Below are positions 29,115 through 39,473 of a stretch of 64,000 nucleotides of DNA, piece after piece (position 1 is the first letter of the stretch; each line of letters begins with the position of its first letter). Below the pieces are notes generated by a model. The model searched no databases. It was not told where the DNA came from and saw only the letters and a program-made list of their open reading frames with translations. This DNA is from Bdellovibrionales bacterium (lineage in GTDB: Bacteria; Bdellovibrionota; Bdellovibrionia; Bdellovibrionales; UBA1609): assembly GCA_965205945.1 (NCBI GenBank), contig CBDBIB010000003.1, forward strand, positions 672,394-736,393. Reading direction: 5' to 3'. The position numbers and the translations under genes are program-made.

Positions 29115-30218
29115 ATGGATAAAAAAGGTTTTCTGATTTTAGAAGAGGGTAGTGTTTTTAAAGGTGCTCATCTTAATGATTCCTTTGGTATTGGTGAAGT
29201 TGTATTTAACACATCCCACTCAGGTTATGAAGAGATGGCAACAGACCCAAGTTATTTTAAACAAATTCTTGTTACCACAGCACCAATGCAAGGAAACTAT
29301 GGTGTGTCAGATGATGTGTGGGAGTCTAATAAAATTAATATTAAGGGATTTTTATGCTTAGAAATGCAGAATTCAAAGATGGACTCTTCTTGGCTTAATA
29401 GGCTTTCAAAACATGGTGTTCCTGTGCTTTCAGAGGTAGATACAAGAAAACTTACGCTTTACTTAAGAGATAGAGGCTCTATTTGGGGTGGTATTTTTAG
29501 TACTAAAGATATTGAATTTGCAAAGAAGGCAATAGCATTAGAAAAAGAAAAATTTATAAATAAAGATTGGACGAAAATAGTTTCAATTAAAGAGGTTGAG
29601 CAGTTTAAAGGAGAGAGTTTAAAAGGGTTTCATTTAGGTCTTTTGGATTTTGGATATAAAAAAAATATTTTAAGAGAGCTTTTAAAAAGAACTTCAAAGA
29701 TCACAGTATTTCCATCAACAACAAGTGCTGTTGATATTATAGAATCAAAAGTAAAAGGCCTTTTGCTTTCTAACGGTCCTGGTAATCCGGATTTAGTTAA
29801 AGAGCCCGTTGTTCAGATTAAAAAACTATTGGGTAGAATTCCTATTATGGGGATTTGTATGGGTCATCAGCTTTTAGGAAGGGCCTTAGGTATTTCAACT
29901 TTTAAGCTTAAGTTTGGGCATAGAGGTGTGAATCATCCTATTCATGATTTAAATAAAGATTCTGTATATATGAGTGCTCAAAATCATGGCTATGCTTTGA
30001 AAAAAGAAGAGGTTTTAGGTGATGTTAAAGTGACGCACATAAATCTTAACGACAATACAGTTGCAGGAATTAAAGATTTATCTAAAAATTGTTTTTCAGT
30101 GCAGTTTCATCCAGAAAGTCACCCAGGACCACATGAGGCAGTATATTTATTTAATGATTTTATTGAGTTAATTAGTAAGCGTGTGATGAGTAGGTCTTTT
30201 TTAGTAAATGGGGTTTAA
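29115..30218 (+). CDS. carA: Carbamoyl-phosphate synthase small subunit
   Basis: GEVVFNT..SGY.E..TDPSY, SNGPG.P, GICMGHQ, QNHG, QFHPE. Confidence 0.96.
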   Translation: MDKKGFLILEEGSVFKGAHLNDSFGIGEVVFNTSHSGYEEMATDPSYFKQILVTTAPMQGNYGVSDDVWESNKINIKGFLCLEMQNSKMDSSWLNRLSKHGVPVLSEVDTRKLTLYLRDRGSIWGGIFSTKDIEFAKKAIALEKEKFINKDWTKIVSIKEVEQFKGESLKGFHLGLLDFGYKKNILRELLKRTSKITVFPSTTSAVDIIESKVKGLLLSNGPGNPDLVKEPVVQIKKLLGRIPIMGICMGHQLLGRALGISTFKLKFGHRGVNHPIHDLNKDSVYMSAQNHGYALKKEEVLGDVKVTHINLNDNTVAGIKDLSKNCFSVQFHPESHPGPHEAVYLFNDFIELISKRVMSRSFLVNGV

Positions 30219-30905
30219 AATGGGGTTTAGCTTTTTAAAATCAAAGGCTATAGTTATGAAAGACTCAGAGTATAATCTTGAACAAATTACAAATGAAGTT
30301 TTTTTATTTTTTCAAGAAATGTACCCTAAGGATGTTGAATTGGCTAGGGTTAACTTTGTTAAACTTACAGGGCAATTTGATGAAGAACATGAATATTTTG
30401 AATTAAAACTTGATGATTTTAGGAACTGGTTTTTATTTTTTTATGGGGATGCTCAATTTACTAATTTAAAAAAAATAAAAAAAGAAAAAAGATTTAGTAA
30501 ATATTATGATTATCTTTTGTCAGGAATATTTTCTATATTTTTAGTTCAAAATATTAAAGGTGAAGAAGTTACGCTTAAAGATATAGCTAGCAATATTATT
30601 TATAAGGTAAAAAATGCAGCTGTAGCTTTAAGTATGGAGCAAGGAAGCTGTATACAAACTTCTTTGTATTATCAAAGTGGTGGATTATATGAATTTGGTT
30701 TAAGTATATTGGTTCACCCTATTAGGAGTTTAAAATATATTAAAAAAAAGTTAAAGAAGTAAAAAAAGGAAAAGGCATTTTAAAAGAAGATCTTTTTAAA
30801 AAACTTATTGGGATGAGATATCAACTTTTTAAGTATAAGCATCTAAAGGTTAAAGAAATTTATTCAGATAAATCATTGTTATTTAAGAAAATGAGTGAAT
30901 CATAA
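30208..30905 (+). CDS. Hypothetical protein, frameshifted at an A8 run (possible pseudogene, slippage site or sequencing error)
   Basis: ORF stops at 30762, but adding one A at 30742-30749 continues it as KVKEVKKGKG...MRYQLFKYKHLKVKEIYSD...SES* to 30905. Confidence 0.65.
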
Positions 30906-30927
30906 ATAAAAAAATATAGGGAGTCTT

Positions 30928-33900
30928 ATGTTAGATCCAAAAAGAGAGAAAATCTTAATTTTGGGTAGTGGCCCAATTAAGATTGGGCAGGCTTGTGAGT
31001 TTGATTACTCAGGTACACAAGCGTGTAAAGCATTAAAAGACCGTGGTTATAAAGTTGTTTTGGTCAATTCAAATCCAGCAACGATTATGACAGATCCTGA
31101 GATTGCAGATAGAATTTATATTGAACCATTAACACTAGAGTATGTTAAAGAGATTATTAAAAAAGAAAAACCTACAAAAATAATTCCTACACTCGGAGGG
31201 CAGACAGCATTAAACCTTGCCTTAGAGTTAAATACTAAAGGAATACTTGAAAAATATAATATTCAGCTTTTAGGTGCTAACCCTGAAGTGATTAATAAAG
31301 CTGAAGATAGAGAGCTTTTTAATGGAGTTCTTGATGAGGTTGGAGCTTCTTATGCTAAAAGTTTTATGGCAAGAACCTTTGAAGAGGGTTTAAAGGATAT
31401 TAAAAATTTAGAGTTTCCAGTGATTCTAAGGCCGAATTTCACACTTGGAGGAGGAGGAGGAGGAGTCTGTTATTCTTTAGAGGAATACAGGCAAAATCTT
31501 ACAAAAGGCTTACATGAGAGCCCCACATCAGAAGTTTTAGTGGAGCAAAGTCTTTTAGGGTGGAAAGAGTTTGAGCTAGAGGTTATGAGAGATCATAAAG
31601 GGACCTTTGTAATTATATGTTCAATTGAAAACATTGACCCTTGTGGCGTTCATACTGGAGACAGCATTACTGTTACCCCACAACAAACTTTATCTGATGG
31701 TGAGTATCAGCAGATGCGTGATGAAACCTATAGAATTGTTGAAGCTGTAGGGGTTGAAACAGGCGGAGCTAACGTTCAGTTTGCGGTAAACCCTAAAAAT
31801 GGCCATAGAGTTGTAATTGAAATGAATCCTCGTGTGAGTAGATCATCTGCTTTAGCTAGTAAAGCAACGGGATTTCCCATCGCTAAAATTGCAGCTCTTG
31901 TGGCTGTTGGAGAAACATTAAAGAACTTAACAAATGATATCACCCAAACAACGCCTTCTTGTTATGAGCCGGCACTAGATTATGTTGTTACTAAAATTCC
32001 AAAATTTTCATTTGAAAAATTTCCAGGCTCTAAAGACTTGCTTTCAACACAGATGAAGTCTGTTGGCCAGGTTATGGGAGTGGGTAGAACGTTTAAAGAA
32101 TCTTTTATTAAAGCTTTTAGATCAATGGAGTCAAGAGCGTTGTTTGGAAAACTAAGCACATATTCTAAAGAAAAGATTACGTACCCAAATAGTCAAAGAA
32201 TGTTTCATATTGTAAAAGCTTTAGAAAGTGGTGTAAGTGTTAAAGAGATCTCTTCTTGGGCTATGATAAGTCCTTGGTTTATTGAGCAACTTAAGGAAGT
32301 TGTATCTTTATCTAAAGATTTAAAGGAAAATGTTTTAGAAAATTACCTGAAGGCTAAAAGATTTGGTTTAAGTGATGAGCAGATTAGTTATTTAAGTGGG
32401 AAGACAGTAGCTTTTGTTTTAAAAGTGTCGAAAAACTTTAAGCCAGCTTATTTACAGGTAGATACATGCGCTGGAGAGTTTGAATCAAAGACCCCTTATT
32501 TTTATTCCACTTATTGGACAAAAGAATGTTCTTTAAACAAATTAGATGACCATATTAAGAATACGTACGTAGTTATTGGGAGTGGTCCAAATAGAATTGG
32601 TCAAGGAATTGAATTTGATTATTGTTGTGTAAGGGCTGTTAAAAAACTAAAAGAGCTTGGATGCAGAGTAGTAATGATTAATTCAAACCCTGAGACTGTT
32701 TCAACAGATTATGATACATCAGATATTTTATTTTTTGAGCCCTTAGATGAAGAGAGTGTTTTAAATATATTAAAAAAACTTAAACCACTCGGGGTTTTAT
32801 GTCAGCTTGGTGGTCAAACACCAATTCATTTGGCAAAATCTATTGAAGAATATGGATTTAAACTTTTAGGAACTCCTATGTCGATTATCGATATGGCTGA
32901 GGATAGGTACCAGTTTTCAAAAATTTGTCAAAAGGTTGGTGCAAAGGTTCCAAGTTCTACAGTTGTGAGTAGTGAAGATGAGGCGCAAGAATTTGTAAAT
33001 AAGGTAGGCTTTCCTGTAATTTGTAGACCGAGTTACGTTATTGGAGGTCAAAGAATGGAAGTGATCGAAACTAAATGGGATCTTGAAAAATATTTTAAAA
33101 CTCATTTAAAAATTTTTGGTAAAAGAAATCTATGTTTTGTGGATCAGTTTCTTGAAGGGGCTTTAGAGGCAGATGTAGACTTGATTTGTTTTAAAGATTT
33201 TATTTTTGTAGGAGGTATTGTTGAGCATATTGAGGTTGCAGGGGTTCACTCTGGAGATAGTATGGGTGTTTTTCCTCCACAAAGGCTTCGTGTAACTACA
33301 AAGAAAAAAATTGAAGAAATTTGTATAAAATTGGCTGAAAAAATGGGTATTCTAGGTTTTTTAAATATTCAAATAGCAATTAAAGATGATCAGGTTTATA
33401 TTATTGAGGCAAACCCAAGAGCATCAAGAACAATTCCATTTATAGCAAAAGCACTAGGTGTGCCATTGGTTGATTATGGTGTTCTTGGGATGCTTGCAAA
33501 ACCATGTCCTAAAGAATTAAAGGCATTTAATTGGTTTAAGGCGGAAGGTGTTTTTGTTAAAGGAGTGGTTTTTCCTTTTAATAAGTTTCCTGAATCTGAT
33601 TCTCTTCTTGGTCCTGAAATGAAATCTACAGGTGAGTCAATGGGAAGAGGAAAAACATATTCAAGTGCTCTTTTAAAAGCTTTTCAAGGGACAAATATTA
33701 AAATTCCTATATCAGGAGAAATATTTTTATCTCTTAAGGATAAGGATAAAGTAAAACTGCTACCTTTTATTAAAGAATTTAAAGAGATAGGGTTTAAAAT
33801 TTCAGCTACAGGTGGAACTGCCAGGTTTTTAACTCAACAAGGGGTGGATTGTATTTTGGTGAATAAAGTTTTAGAAGGGCGTCCTCACTGTGTAGACAGA

Positions 33901-34104
33901 ATCCGTTCTGGACAGGTAGATCTTGTTGTAAACACAGTCTCTGGGAAGCAAGCTATTGAGGCTAGTTATAGTATACGTAGGAGTTGTTTAGACTTTTTTA
34001 TACCATGTATTACAGAAAGTGAAGCTGCAAAAGCGTATATTTTAGCTTTAAAGCAGAATATCACTGGTAATGTTGATGTGGAGGCGTTAACATTATCTAT
34101 ATGA
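30928..34104 (+). CDS. carB: Carbamoyl-phosphate synthase large subunit
   Basis: [51 protein letters not shown] domain. Confidence 0.98.
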   Translation: MLDPKREKILILGSGPIKIGQACEFDYSGTQACKALKDRGYKVVLVNSNPATIMTDPEIADRIYIEPLTLEYVKEIIKKEKPTKIIPTLGGQTALNLALELNTKGILEKYNIQLLGANPEVINKAEDRELFNGVLDEVGASYAKSFMARTFEEGLKDIKNLEFPVILRPNFTLGGGGGGVCYSLEEYRQNLTKGLHESPTSEVLVEQSLLGWKEFELEVMRDHKGTFVIICSIENIDPCGVHTGDSITVTPQQTLSDGEYQQMRDETYRIVEAVGVETGGANVQFAVNPKNGHRVVIEMNPRVSRSSALASKATGFPIAKIAALVAVGETLKNLTNDITQTTPSCYEPALDYVVTKIPKFSFEKFPGSKDLLSTQMKSVGQVMGVGRTFKESFIKAFRSMESRALFGKLSTYSKEKITYPNSQRMFHIVKALESGVSVKEISSWAMISPWFIEQLKEVVSLSKDLKENVLENYLKAKRFGLSDEQISYLSGKTVAFVLKVSKNFKPAYLQVDTCAGEFESKTPYFYSTYWTKECSLNKLDDHIKNTYVVIGSGPNRIGQGIEFDYCCVRAVKKLKELGCRVVMINSNPETVSTDYDTSDILFFEPLDEESVLNILKKLKPLGVLCQLGGQTPIHLAKSIEEYGFKLLGTPMSIIDMAEDRYQFSKICQKVGAKVPSSTVVSSEDEAQEFVNKVGFPVICRPSYVIGGQRMEVIETKWDLEKYFKTHLKIFGKRNLCFVDQFLEGALEADVDLICFKDFIFVGGIVEHIEVAGVHSGDSMGVFPPQRLRVTTKKKIEEICIKLAEKMGILGFLNIQIAIKDDQVYIIEANPRASRTIPFIAKALGVPLVDYGVLGMLAKPCPKELKAFNWFKAEGVFVKGVVFPFNKFPESDSLLGPEMKSTGESMGRGKTYSSALLKAFQGTNIKIPISGEIFLSLKDKDKVKLLPFIKEFKEIGFKISATGGTARFLTQQGVDCILVNKVLEGRPHCVDRIRSGQVDLVVNTVSGKQAIEASYSIRRSCLDFFIPCITESEAAKAYILALKQNITGNVDVEALTLSI

Positions 34105-34976
34105 GTAATCAAGCAATAGATTGTGTAAATGTGTCTAAAACATTTAAAACAGGTCTTATATCAAAATCTGTACAGGCATTAAAAAATATTTCTTTCTCCA
34201 TTCCTGAAGAAACTGTGACAGGGTTTTTGGGGCCTAACGGTTCTGGAAAATCTACATTTCTTAAAATTGCCACAGAATTTATAACACCAACCACTGGAGA
34301 GGTTACATTTTTTGGTGGGCAGTCTTTTTCTAAAGTTAAAAAAAATGTGGGCTTTGTTTCTGAAAAACCAAGTTATCCAAAAGGATTTACTGGAATGCAA
34401 ATTTTAAAGTTTCATGCAGCTTTAACAAAAGAAACCTTAAATAGGGTAGATGAGGTTATAGGTTTAGTAGGACTTGATCACGCTGTAGCAAGGACATTTG
34501 GAACTTATTCAAAGGGTATGAGGCAAAGACTTGCTATTGCACAAGCCTTGTTGCCTGATCCAAAACTTTTGATTTTAGATGAGCCTCTTTCAGGGTTAGA
34601 CCCTGATGGACGAGAAGTGCTGATTCAAGTGATTATGAAGTATTCAAAAAAACCTAGAAAAACAGTAATTTTAAGTAGTCATTTATTAGAGGATCTTCAG
34701 CGTATTTGTAACAATTTAGTTGTTATTAATAGAGGAGAACTTTTGTTTTCAGGAGATCCAAGGTCGGTTTTTAATCCAAATAGTTTTACAATTAAGTATA
34801 AAAAAAGTGGTAAGATAAAAGACTGTTCAGTCTTAAAAGAAGGGTTGAATGAAAAACTTAAAGAGCTTATTGAAAATGGAGTAGAGCTTCAATCTGTAGA
34901 GCCTGAGTCAAAAGCGATTAGCTCACTCTATTTTGATCTAACAAGGGATCATAAGGGGAGAGAGTTTAGAGTATGA
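34101..34976 (+). CDS. ABC transporter ATP-binding protein (PilH-like)
   Basis: [26 protein letters not shown]; precedes a permease and pilD. Confidence 0.88.
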   Translation: MSNQAIDCVNVSKTFKTGLISKSVQALKNISFSIPEETVTGFLGPNGSGKSTFLKIATEFITPTTGEVTFFGGQSFSKVKKNVGFVSEKPSYPKGFTGMQILKFHAALTKETLNRVDEVIGLVGLDHAVARTFGTYSKGMRQRLAIAQALLPDPKLLILDEPLSGLDPDGREVLIQVIMKYSKKPRKTVILSSHLLEDLQRICNNLVVINRGELLFSGDPRSVFNPNSFTIKYKKSGKIKDCSVLKEGLNEKLKELIENGVELQSVEPESKAISSLYFDLTRDHKGREFRV

Positions 34977-35740
34977 ATGAAGTTTTTTTGCTATCAAAGT
35001 TCTTTTTTAAAGACTTAATTTATAGAAAAATAGTTTTTTTAACCATAGCAATAGGCTTAGTGTTTATAATACTTAGTATGCTTTTAGGGTCACTAAGTTA
35101 TAGTGAAGAGTCAAGATTAGCTATAAATTTTTCATTATCAGGTTCTCAAATAGCTTTAATATTTTTAAGTATTTTAGTTGGAGCAGATTTTGTTAGAGAT
35201 GATATAAAAACTCAATCCATCCATTCTTTTTTAGCAAGACCAATTACAAGATTTCAGTATTATTTTTCAAAATTTTGTACATTTGCTTTTTTTCTTCTTT
35301 TTTTAACATTCTTAATGTGGCTTATGTTCTTTATAATCTCTTTTATGTTAGGAATAAAAGAATCTTTTATATCCATGATTCCTTATTTAGGAATTTATAT
35401 TGAATCCTTGGTGCTTTTTAGCTTTGCACTTATGAGTTCACTTTTTTCATCCTTACTAGTAACTGTTGGTGCGAGTTTTACCCTTTTTTTGGTTGGTCAT
35501 GGGTTAAATATTTTTGAATTTTTGATGGAAAAATCTACTAACTTTATGATTAAAATTCTAGGTTTGCTGCTTTTAAAGGGTATTCCGAATTTAGAGAGTC
35601 TTAATTGGAAATCTCATTTAACTTATGGTGAATGGATGCCTTTTATGAGCTATATAAAATTTTCAGCTTACGGTTTTAGCTGGGCATTTTTTATTTTGTT
35701 AATAGGGTATTTTATTTTTTCTAAAAAAGACTTTTCTTAA
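34973..35740 (+). CDS. ABC-2 type permease (PilI-like)
   Basis: About 6 TM segments, LARPITR..Y..SKF, ends F.KKDF. Confidence 0.8.
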   Translation: MNEVFLLSKFFFKDLIYRKIVFLTIAIGLVFIILSMLLGSLSYSEESRLAINFSLSGSQIALIFLSILVGADFVRDDIKTQSIHSFLARPITRFQYYFSKFCTFAFFLLFLTFLMWLMFFIISFMLGIKESFISMIPYLGIYIESLVLFSFALMSSLFSSLLVTVGASFTLFLVGHGLNIFEFLMEKSTNFMIKILGLLLLKGIPNLESLNWKSHLTYGEWMPFMSYIKFSAYGFSWAFFILLIGYFIFSKKDFS

Positions 35741-35754
35741 AGAGAGAGTTTTAG

Positions 35755-36543
35755 ATGCTTTTAGATTTTGAGACTGTAGTGTTTTTATTTTTATTCTTTT
35801 TCTTAGGATCTATGATAGGTAGTTTTTTAAATGTTGTTATTTATCGATGGCCAAGGGAGGAGAGTTTTGTCACTCCTCGTAGTAAATGCCCATGTTGTAA
35901 AGTACCTATTCCAATTTATTTAAATGTTCCTATACTTTCATGGTTAGCTCTGTTTGGAAAGGCTCGTTGTTGTGGTAATAAAATCAGCGTGCATTATCCT
36001 TTAGTCGAGGTTTTAACAGGAACTCTTTTTGCATTTACTTTTTATAAGTTTAGCCTGACTTTTCAGACTTTTGAATATTGTTTATTTTTAGCAATGGCAA
36101 TTCCATGTTTTTTCATAGATCTTAAGCACTACCTTTTACCAGATATTTTTACTATTTCAGGGATTTTTGTGGCATTTGCGGGCAGTTTTTTGTCTATGAC
36201 AAGGACGCCTTTAGATTCTTTTTTAGGTTTGATTTTAGGTGGTGGGTTATTTTGGTTAATAAGCTATTTTTATAAAAAAGTTAGAAAGAAAGAAGGCATG
36301 GGCTTTGGGGATGTAAAGCTTATTGCATGGTTAGGTTCTTTAGGTGGTTTAAGTTCAGTACCCTTTATAATATGGACTTCAGGGCTTACGGGAACTTTAG
36401 TCGGTGTTTTTTTAATACTTTTTAAAGGAGGATCTCGAAATTCAGCATTGCCTTTTGGACCCTTTTTAATCACTTCAGCCTTACTATATTTTTATTTTAT
36501 TAAAAATTTAAAGGAGCTTTTTCCATACTTTGTAGGGTTTTAA
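35755..36543 (+). CDS. pilD: Prepilin peptidase / N-methyltransferase
   Basis: GSFLNVVIYR.P, SKCPCC, GMGFGDVKL, PFGPFL. Confidence 0.93.
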   Translation: MLLDFETVVFLFLFFFLGSMIGSFLNVVIYRWPREESFVTPRSKCPCCKVPIPIYLNVPILSWLALFGKARCCGNKISVHYPLVEVLTGTLFAFTFYKFSLTFQTFEYCLFLAMAIPCFFIDLKHYLLPDIFTISGIFVAFAGSFLSMTRTPLDSFLGLILGGGLFWLISYFYKKVRKKEGMGFGDVKLIAWLGSLGGLSSVPFIIWTSGLTGTLVGVFLILFKGGSRNSALPFGPFLITSALLYFYFIKNLKELFPYFVGF

Positions 36544-36558
36544 CTTTAACACATTCTT

Positions 36559-36587
36559 TTGACAGTTTCATTGTATTTAGATCTAAT
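36559..36587 (+). promoter_or_regulatory. Putative sigma70-type promoter for pilM
   Basis: TTGACA-N17-TCTAAT ending 6 nt before the pilM GTG. Confidence 0.35.
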
Positions 36588-36593
36588 AGATAA

Positions 36594-37628
36594 GTGTTTG
36601 GATCTAATAAACTTTTTGGTTTAGATATAGGAAATGGGACTATTAAATCTTGTAAGCTTTCTGTGCGTGGAAAAGCTGCAAAGCTGAATAAAATTTCTTT
36701 TGTTAAGATGGATAAGAGTGTATATAAAAACGGTGAGATTCTTAATCCAAATCTACTCGTTAATTATATAGAAGCTTCTGCTAAAGAAATAAAGATAAAG
36801 AAAGCTGCAATTGGTGTAAGTGGCTCATCTGTTATGGTAAAAAAAATTACAATACCTAAAATGGATGTAGCAGTACTTCCTGAACAAGTAAGGTGGGAAG
36901 CTGAACAATACATTCCTTATAATATAGATGAAGTAAATATTGATTATATTATTTTAGAGAATAAAGATACTATGGATACTATGGATTTATTATTGATTGC
37001 AGCTCAACAGAGTAGAATCTTACAATATGTAAACGTTTTTTCTGATTCAAAAATAAAAGTGAAACTTGTAGATGTATCAAGCTTTGCATTGGCAAATTGC
37101 TTTATGTTTAATTATCCTCAAGCAAAAGGTAGCACGGTAGGTTTAATCGATATAGGTGCTTTTTTTACACACTTTGTAGTTTTACATAAAGGTGAAGTTG
37201 TTTTTTGTAGAGATATTCCATCAGGTGGCGGAGTTTTTGATGAAGGACTTGCTAAAAATTTAGGAATCCCTGAAGAAGAAGCATTACAAATTAAAGAATC
37301 TGGGGAATCTATGCCTGACATTGCAGTGGATACTTTAAAGAGCCTTGGAAAGCAGTACTCTAAGCAACTAGTGGGTGCTGTAGAGTTTTTTACAGAAATA
37401 ACTAAAGAAATTTTGTTAGAAAAGTTTTATCTTACTGGAGGGGCAAGTCTTACCCCAGGACTTTTAGAGTTATTAGCAGAACATCTAAATAAGCCGGTTG
37501 AATTTATGGATGTTTTACAAAAAATTACGCCATCAAGCAGGGTTTTAAAAGAAGTGAATGAAAAAGATTTACAATATAAGGCAGCTGTTACAATAGGGCT
37601 GGCACTTAGAAACCTAGGGGATGCGTAG
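36594..37628 (+). CDS. pilM: Type IV pilus assembly protein PilM
   Basis: GLDIG, WEAEQYIPY, IDIGA, LTGGAS, IGLALR. Confidence 0.92.
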   Translation: MFGSNKLFGLDIGNGTIKSCKLSVRGKAAKLNKISFVKMDKSVYKNGEILNPNLLVNYIEASAKEIKIKKAAIGVSGSSVMVKKITIPKMDVAVLPEQVRWEAEQYIPYNIDEVNIDYIILENKDTMDTMDLLLIAAQQSRILQYVNVFSDSKIKVKLVDVSSFALANCFMFNYPQAKGSTVGLIDIGAFFTHFVVLHKGEVVFCRDIPSGGGVFDEGLAKNLGIPEEEALQIKESGESMPDIAVDTLKSLGKQYSKQLVGAVEFFTEITKEILLEKFYLTGGASLTPGLLELLAEHLNKPVEFMDVLQKITPSSRVLKEVNEKDLQYKAAVTIGLALRNLGDA

Positions 37629-38293
37629 TGATTAGGGTTAATCTTTTAGAAGACAAAGCTGTTGTAGGAGAAAAGAAAAATAGTTTGTCGATGAAAGGAA
37701 ATGTACAAACGCCTGCAATAGAGAACTTTAGTTTTGATACTAACGCTAAAACTTTTGAATATTCTCAAATAGGGCAATTATTAAAAATATTTTTACTCAT
37801 CAGCTTTATTATTCCATTAATATTTTTTGAGAAAGTTAGAAAAAACCAAGATAAGGAGCTAGTGGCTAGAAAAACTGCTGAGGTTCAAGCTATTCAAAAT
37901 ATTAAAATTGAAAAAGAAAAACAAGTTAAAAAATATGTTAATCTTAATAAGAAGAAAAAAGTTTTAGAATTAATAAACTTAGAGTTACAAGAGATGAAAG
38001 GTGAAAGACTTATTGCAGTGCAAAGTCTTAATGCCATACAAACAGCAGTTCCTAAAGATATATGGCTAATAGGAATTACCCTTTCAAAGGGTATTTTACA
38101 AATTAAGGGACAAACTTTGGTGGATACAGGGCTTGATTTATTTGTGAAAAATTTAAAAAAAGAAAATATTTTTATAGATATTAATGTGCTTAAGGATGTT
38201 AAGGTTAAAAATATTGGAGGACAAGTATTAAATGATTTTTTAATTACACTAAATATTAATAAAATATTTAAACCAGTAGTTAAGGAGAGTTGA
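37628..38293 (+). CDS. pilN: Type IV pilus assembly protein PilN
   Basis: IRVNLL motif, single TM, coiled coil, P..IWL. Confidence 0.85.
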   Translation: MIRVNLLEDKAVVGEKKNSLSMKGNVQTPAIENFSFDTNAKTFEYSQIGQLLKIFLLISFIIPLIFFEKVRKNQDKELVARKTAEVQAIQNIKIEKEKQVKKYVNLNKKKKVLELINLELQEMKGERLIAVQSLNAIQTAVPKDIWLIGITLSKGILQIKGQTLVDTGLDLFVKNLKKENIFIDINVLKDVKVKNIGGQVLNDFLITLNINKIFKPVVKES

Positions 38294-38886
38294 TGGAAGA
38301 AAAGTTAAATCAACTTGCGTTTATTAATGCTGCTTTATTTGGAATATTAGTGGCGGTGGCTTATTATGTGTTTTTTTATCGCGCCTTAAGTCCCCATAAT
38401 CAAATAGAAAAAATAGAACAAGAGGTTTCAACCATAAAAAAAGATATTTTAAGATTTGATAAAGAACTTAAAGTTGAACAAAAAATTAATCAAGAAGTTA
38501 TTTTTATGCAAGACAAGATTAACAAGGTTTATTCTCAATTGTCTGAAAATTTATCTGTTGAACGTGCTGTTAATATTATTTCTGAAGAGGCTAGATCTAC
38601 AGGAATGTCTATTGAGTCGATTTCTGCAACAAGTGGAGGTTGGCAGGAACAAAAAACCATTGCGATAACCGTTATAGATGTTCGTTTATCTGGAAGCTTT
38701 AATCAGGTAATGGTTTTTTTATCAGAACTTACAAGAAGTAATAGGATATACTCAGTATCAAGTCTTTTATTAAATACTCGTGAAGTAGGTAAGAAAGAAG
38801 CTTTATCCATAACTTTAAAACTTCAAGCTTATAGAAAACTAACTGCAAAAGAGATGAGTCTTAAAAAGGATGGGATTAATGAGTAA
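38293..38886 (+). CDS. pilO: Type IV pilus assembly protein PilO
   Basis: TM plus coiled coil, G.F.QV..FL..L....RI; operon position. Confidence 0.82.
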   Translation: MEEKLNQLAFINAALFGILVAVAYYVFFYRALSPHNQIEKIEQEVSTIKKDILRFDKELKVEQKINQEVIFMQDKINKVYSQLSENLSVERAVNIISEEARSTGMSIESISATSGGWQEQKTIAITVIDVRLSGSFNQVMVFLSELTRSNRIYSVSSLLLNTREVGKKEALSITLKLQAYRKLTAKEMSLKKDGINE

Positions 38887-39412
38887 GTTTATTTTTGTGC
38901 TTCTTTTTTTTGTAAATATAGTTTTTGCTCAAGATAATGATACCTCTTTAGATGAATTTAAAGAGAAGAACTTAGTGGATGAAGATGAGGTTTTAAATCA
39001 ATTAGATAAGTTAAATGAGCTTTCAAATAGAAGCATGGAATTTAAGCCGTTTATATATTCAGGAGGTGGCCGGCGCAGTCCTTTTTTAAAGTCTGGAGAG
39101 GTTAAGAGAGTAGAGTCGGAAAATAAGATAGCGTTTGCAGAAGAGATCTTACAAAGCACAGGGCTTGAAGGTTATGATGTGTCTAGTTTTGAGTTAACAG
39201 CTGTGATGTGGGACATAAAGCATCCAAAAGCCTTGGTTAAGGATTTAGGAAAGGAAATTTATGTTATTGAAGAAGGAACAAGAATTGGCCGTCTTAATGG
39301 TTATGTTGCAAAAATTCGTGAAGGTGAGGTGATCATTGTGGAGCCCAACGTGCTTCTTGGTGAAAAAAAAGCCAGACTTTACAAGACTCAAGTCTTGAAA
39401 TTAGGAAGGTAG
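38879..39412 (+). CDS. pilP: Type IV pilus assembly protein PilP
   Basis: Y...GRR.PF, LE.YD, A.V.D, G..IG...G.V..I. Confidence 0.82.
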   Translation: MSKFIFVLLFFVNIVFAQDNDTSLDEFKEKNLVDEDEVLNQLDKLNELSNRSMEFKPFIYSGGGRRSPFLKSGEVKRVESENKIAFAEEILQSTGLEGYDVSSFELTAVMWDIKHPKALVKDLGKEIYVIEEGTRIGRLNGYVAKIREGEVIIVEPNVLLGEKKARLYKTQVLKLGR

Positions 39413-39473
39413 TTTTTAAAACTTCTTTTTATTGAGAAACTAATAATAGATAAGTTTATTTAAAAAGGATCTA

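Noticed and set aside
31447..31465. GGA repeat in carB as a contingency locus
   Set aside because: Encodes the glycine-rich ATP-grasp loop (LGGGGGG) in frame
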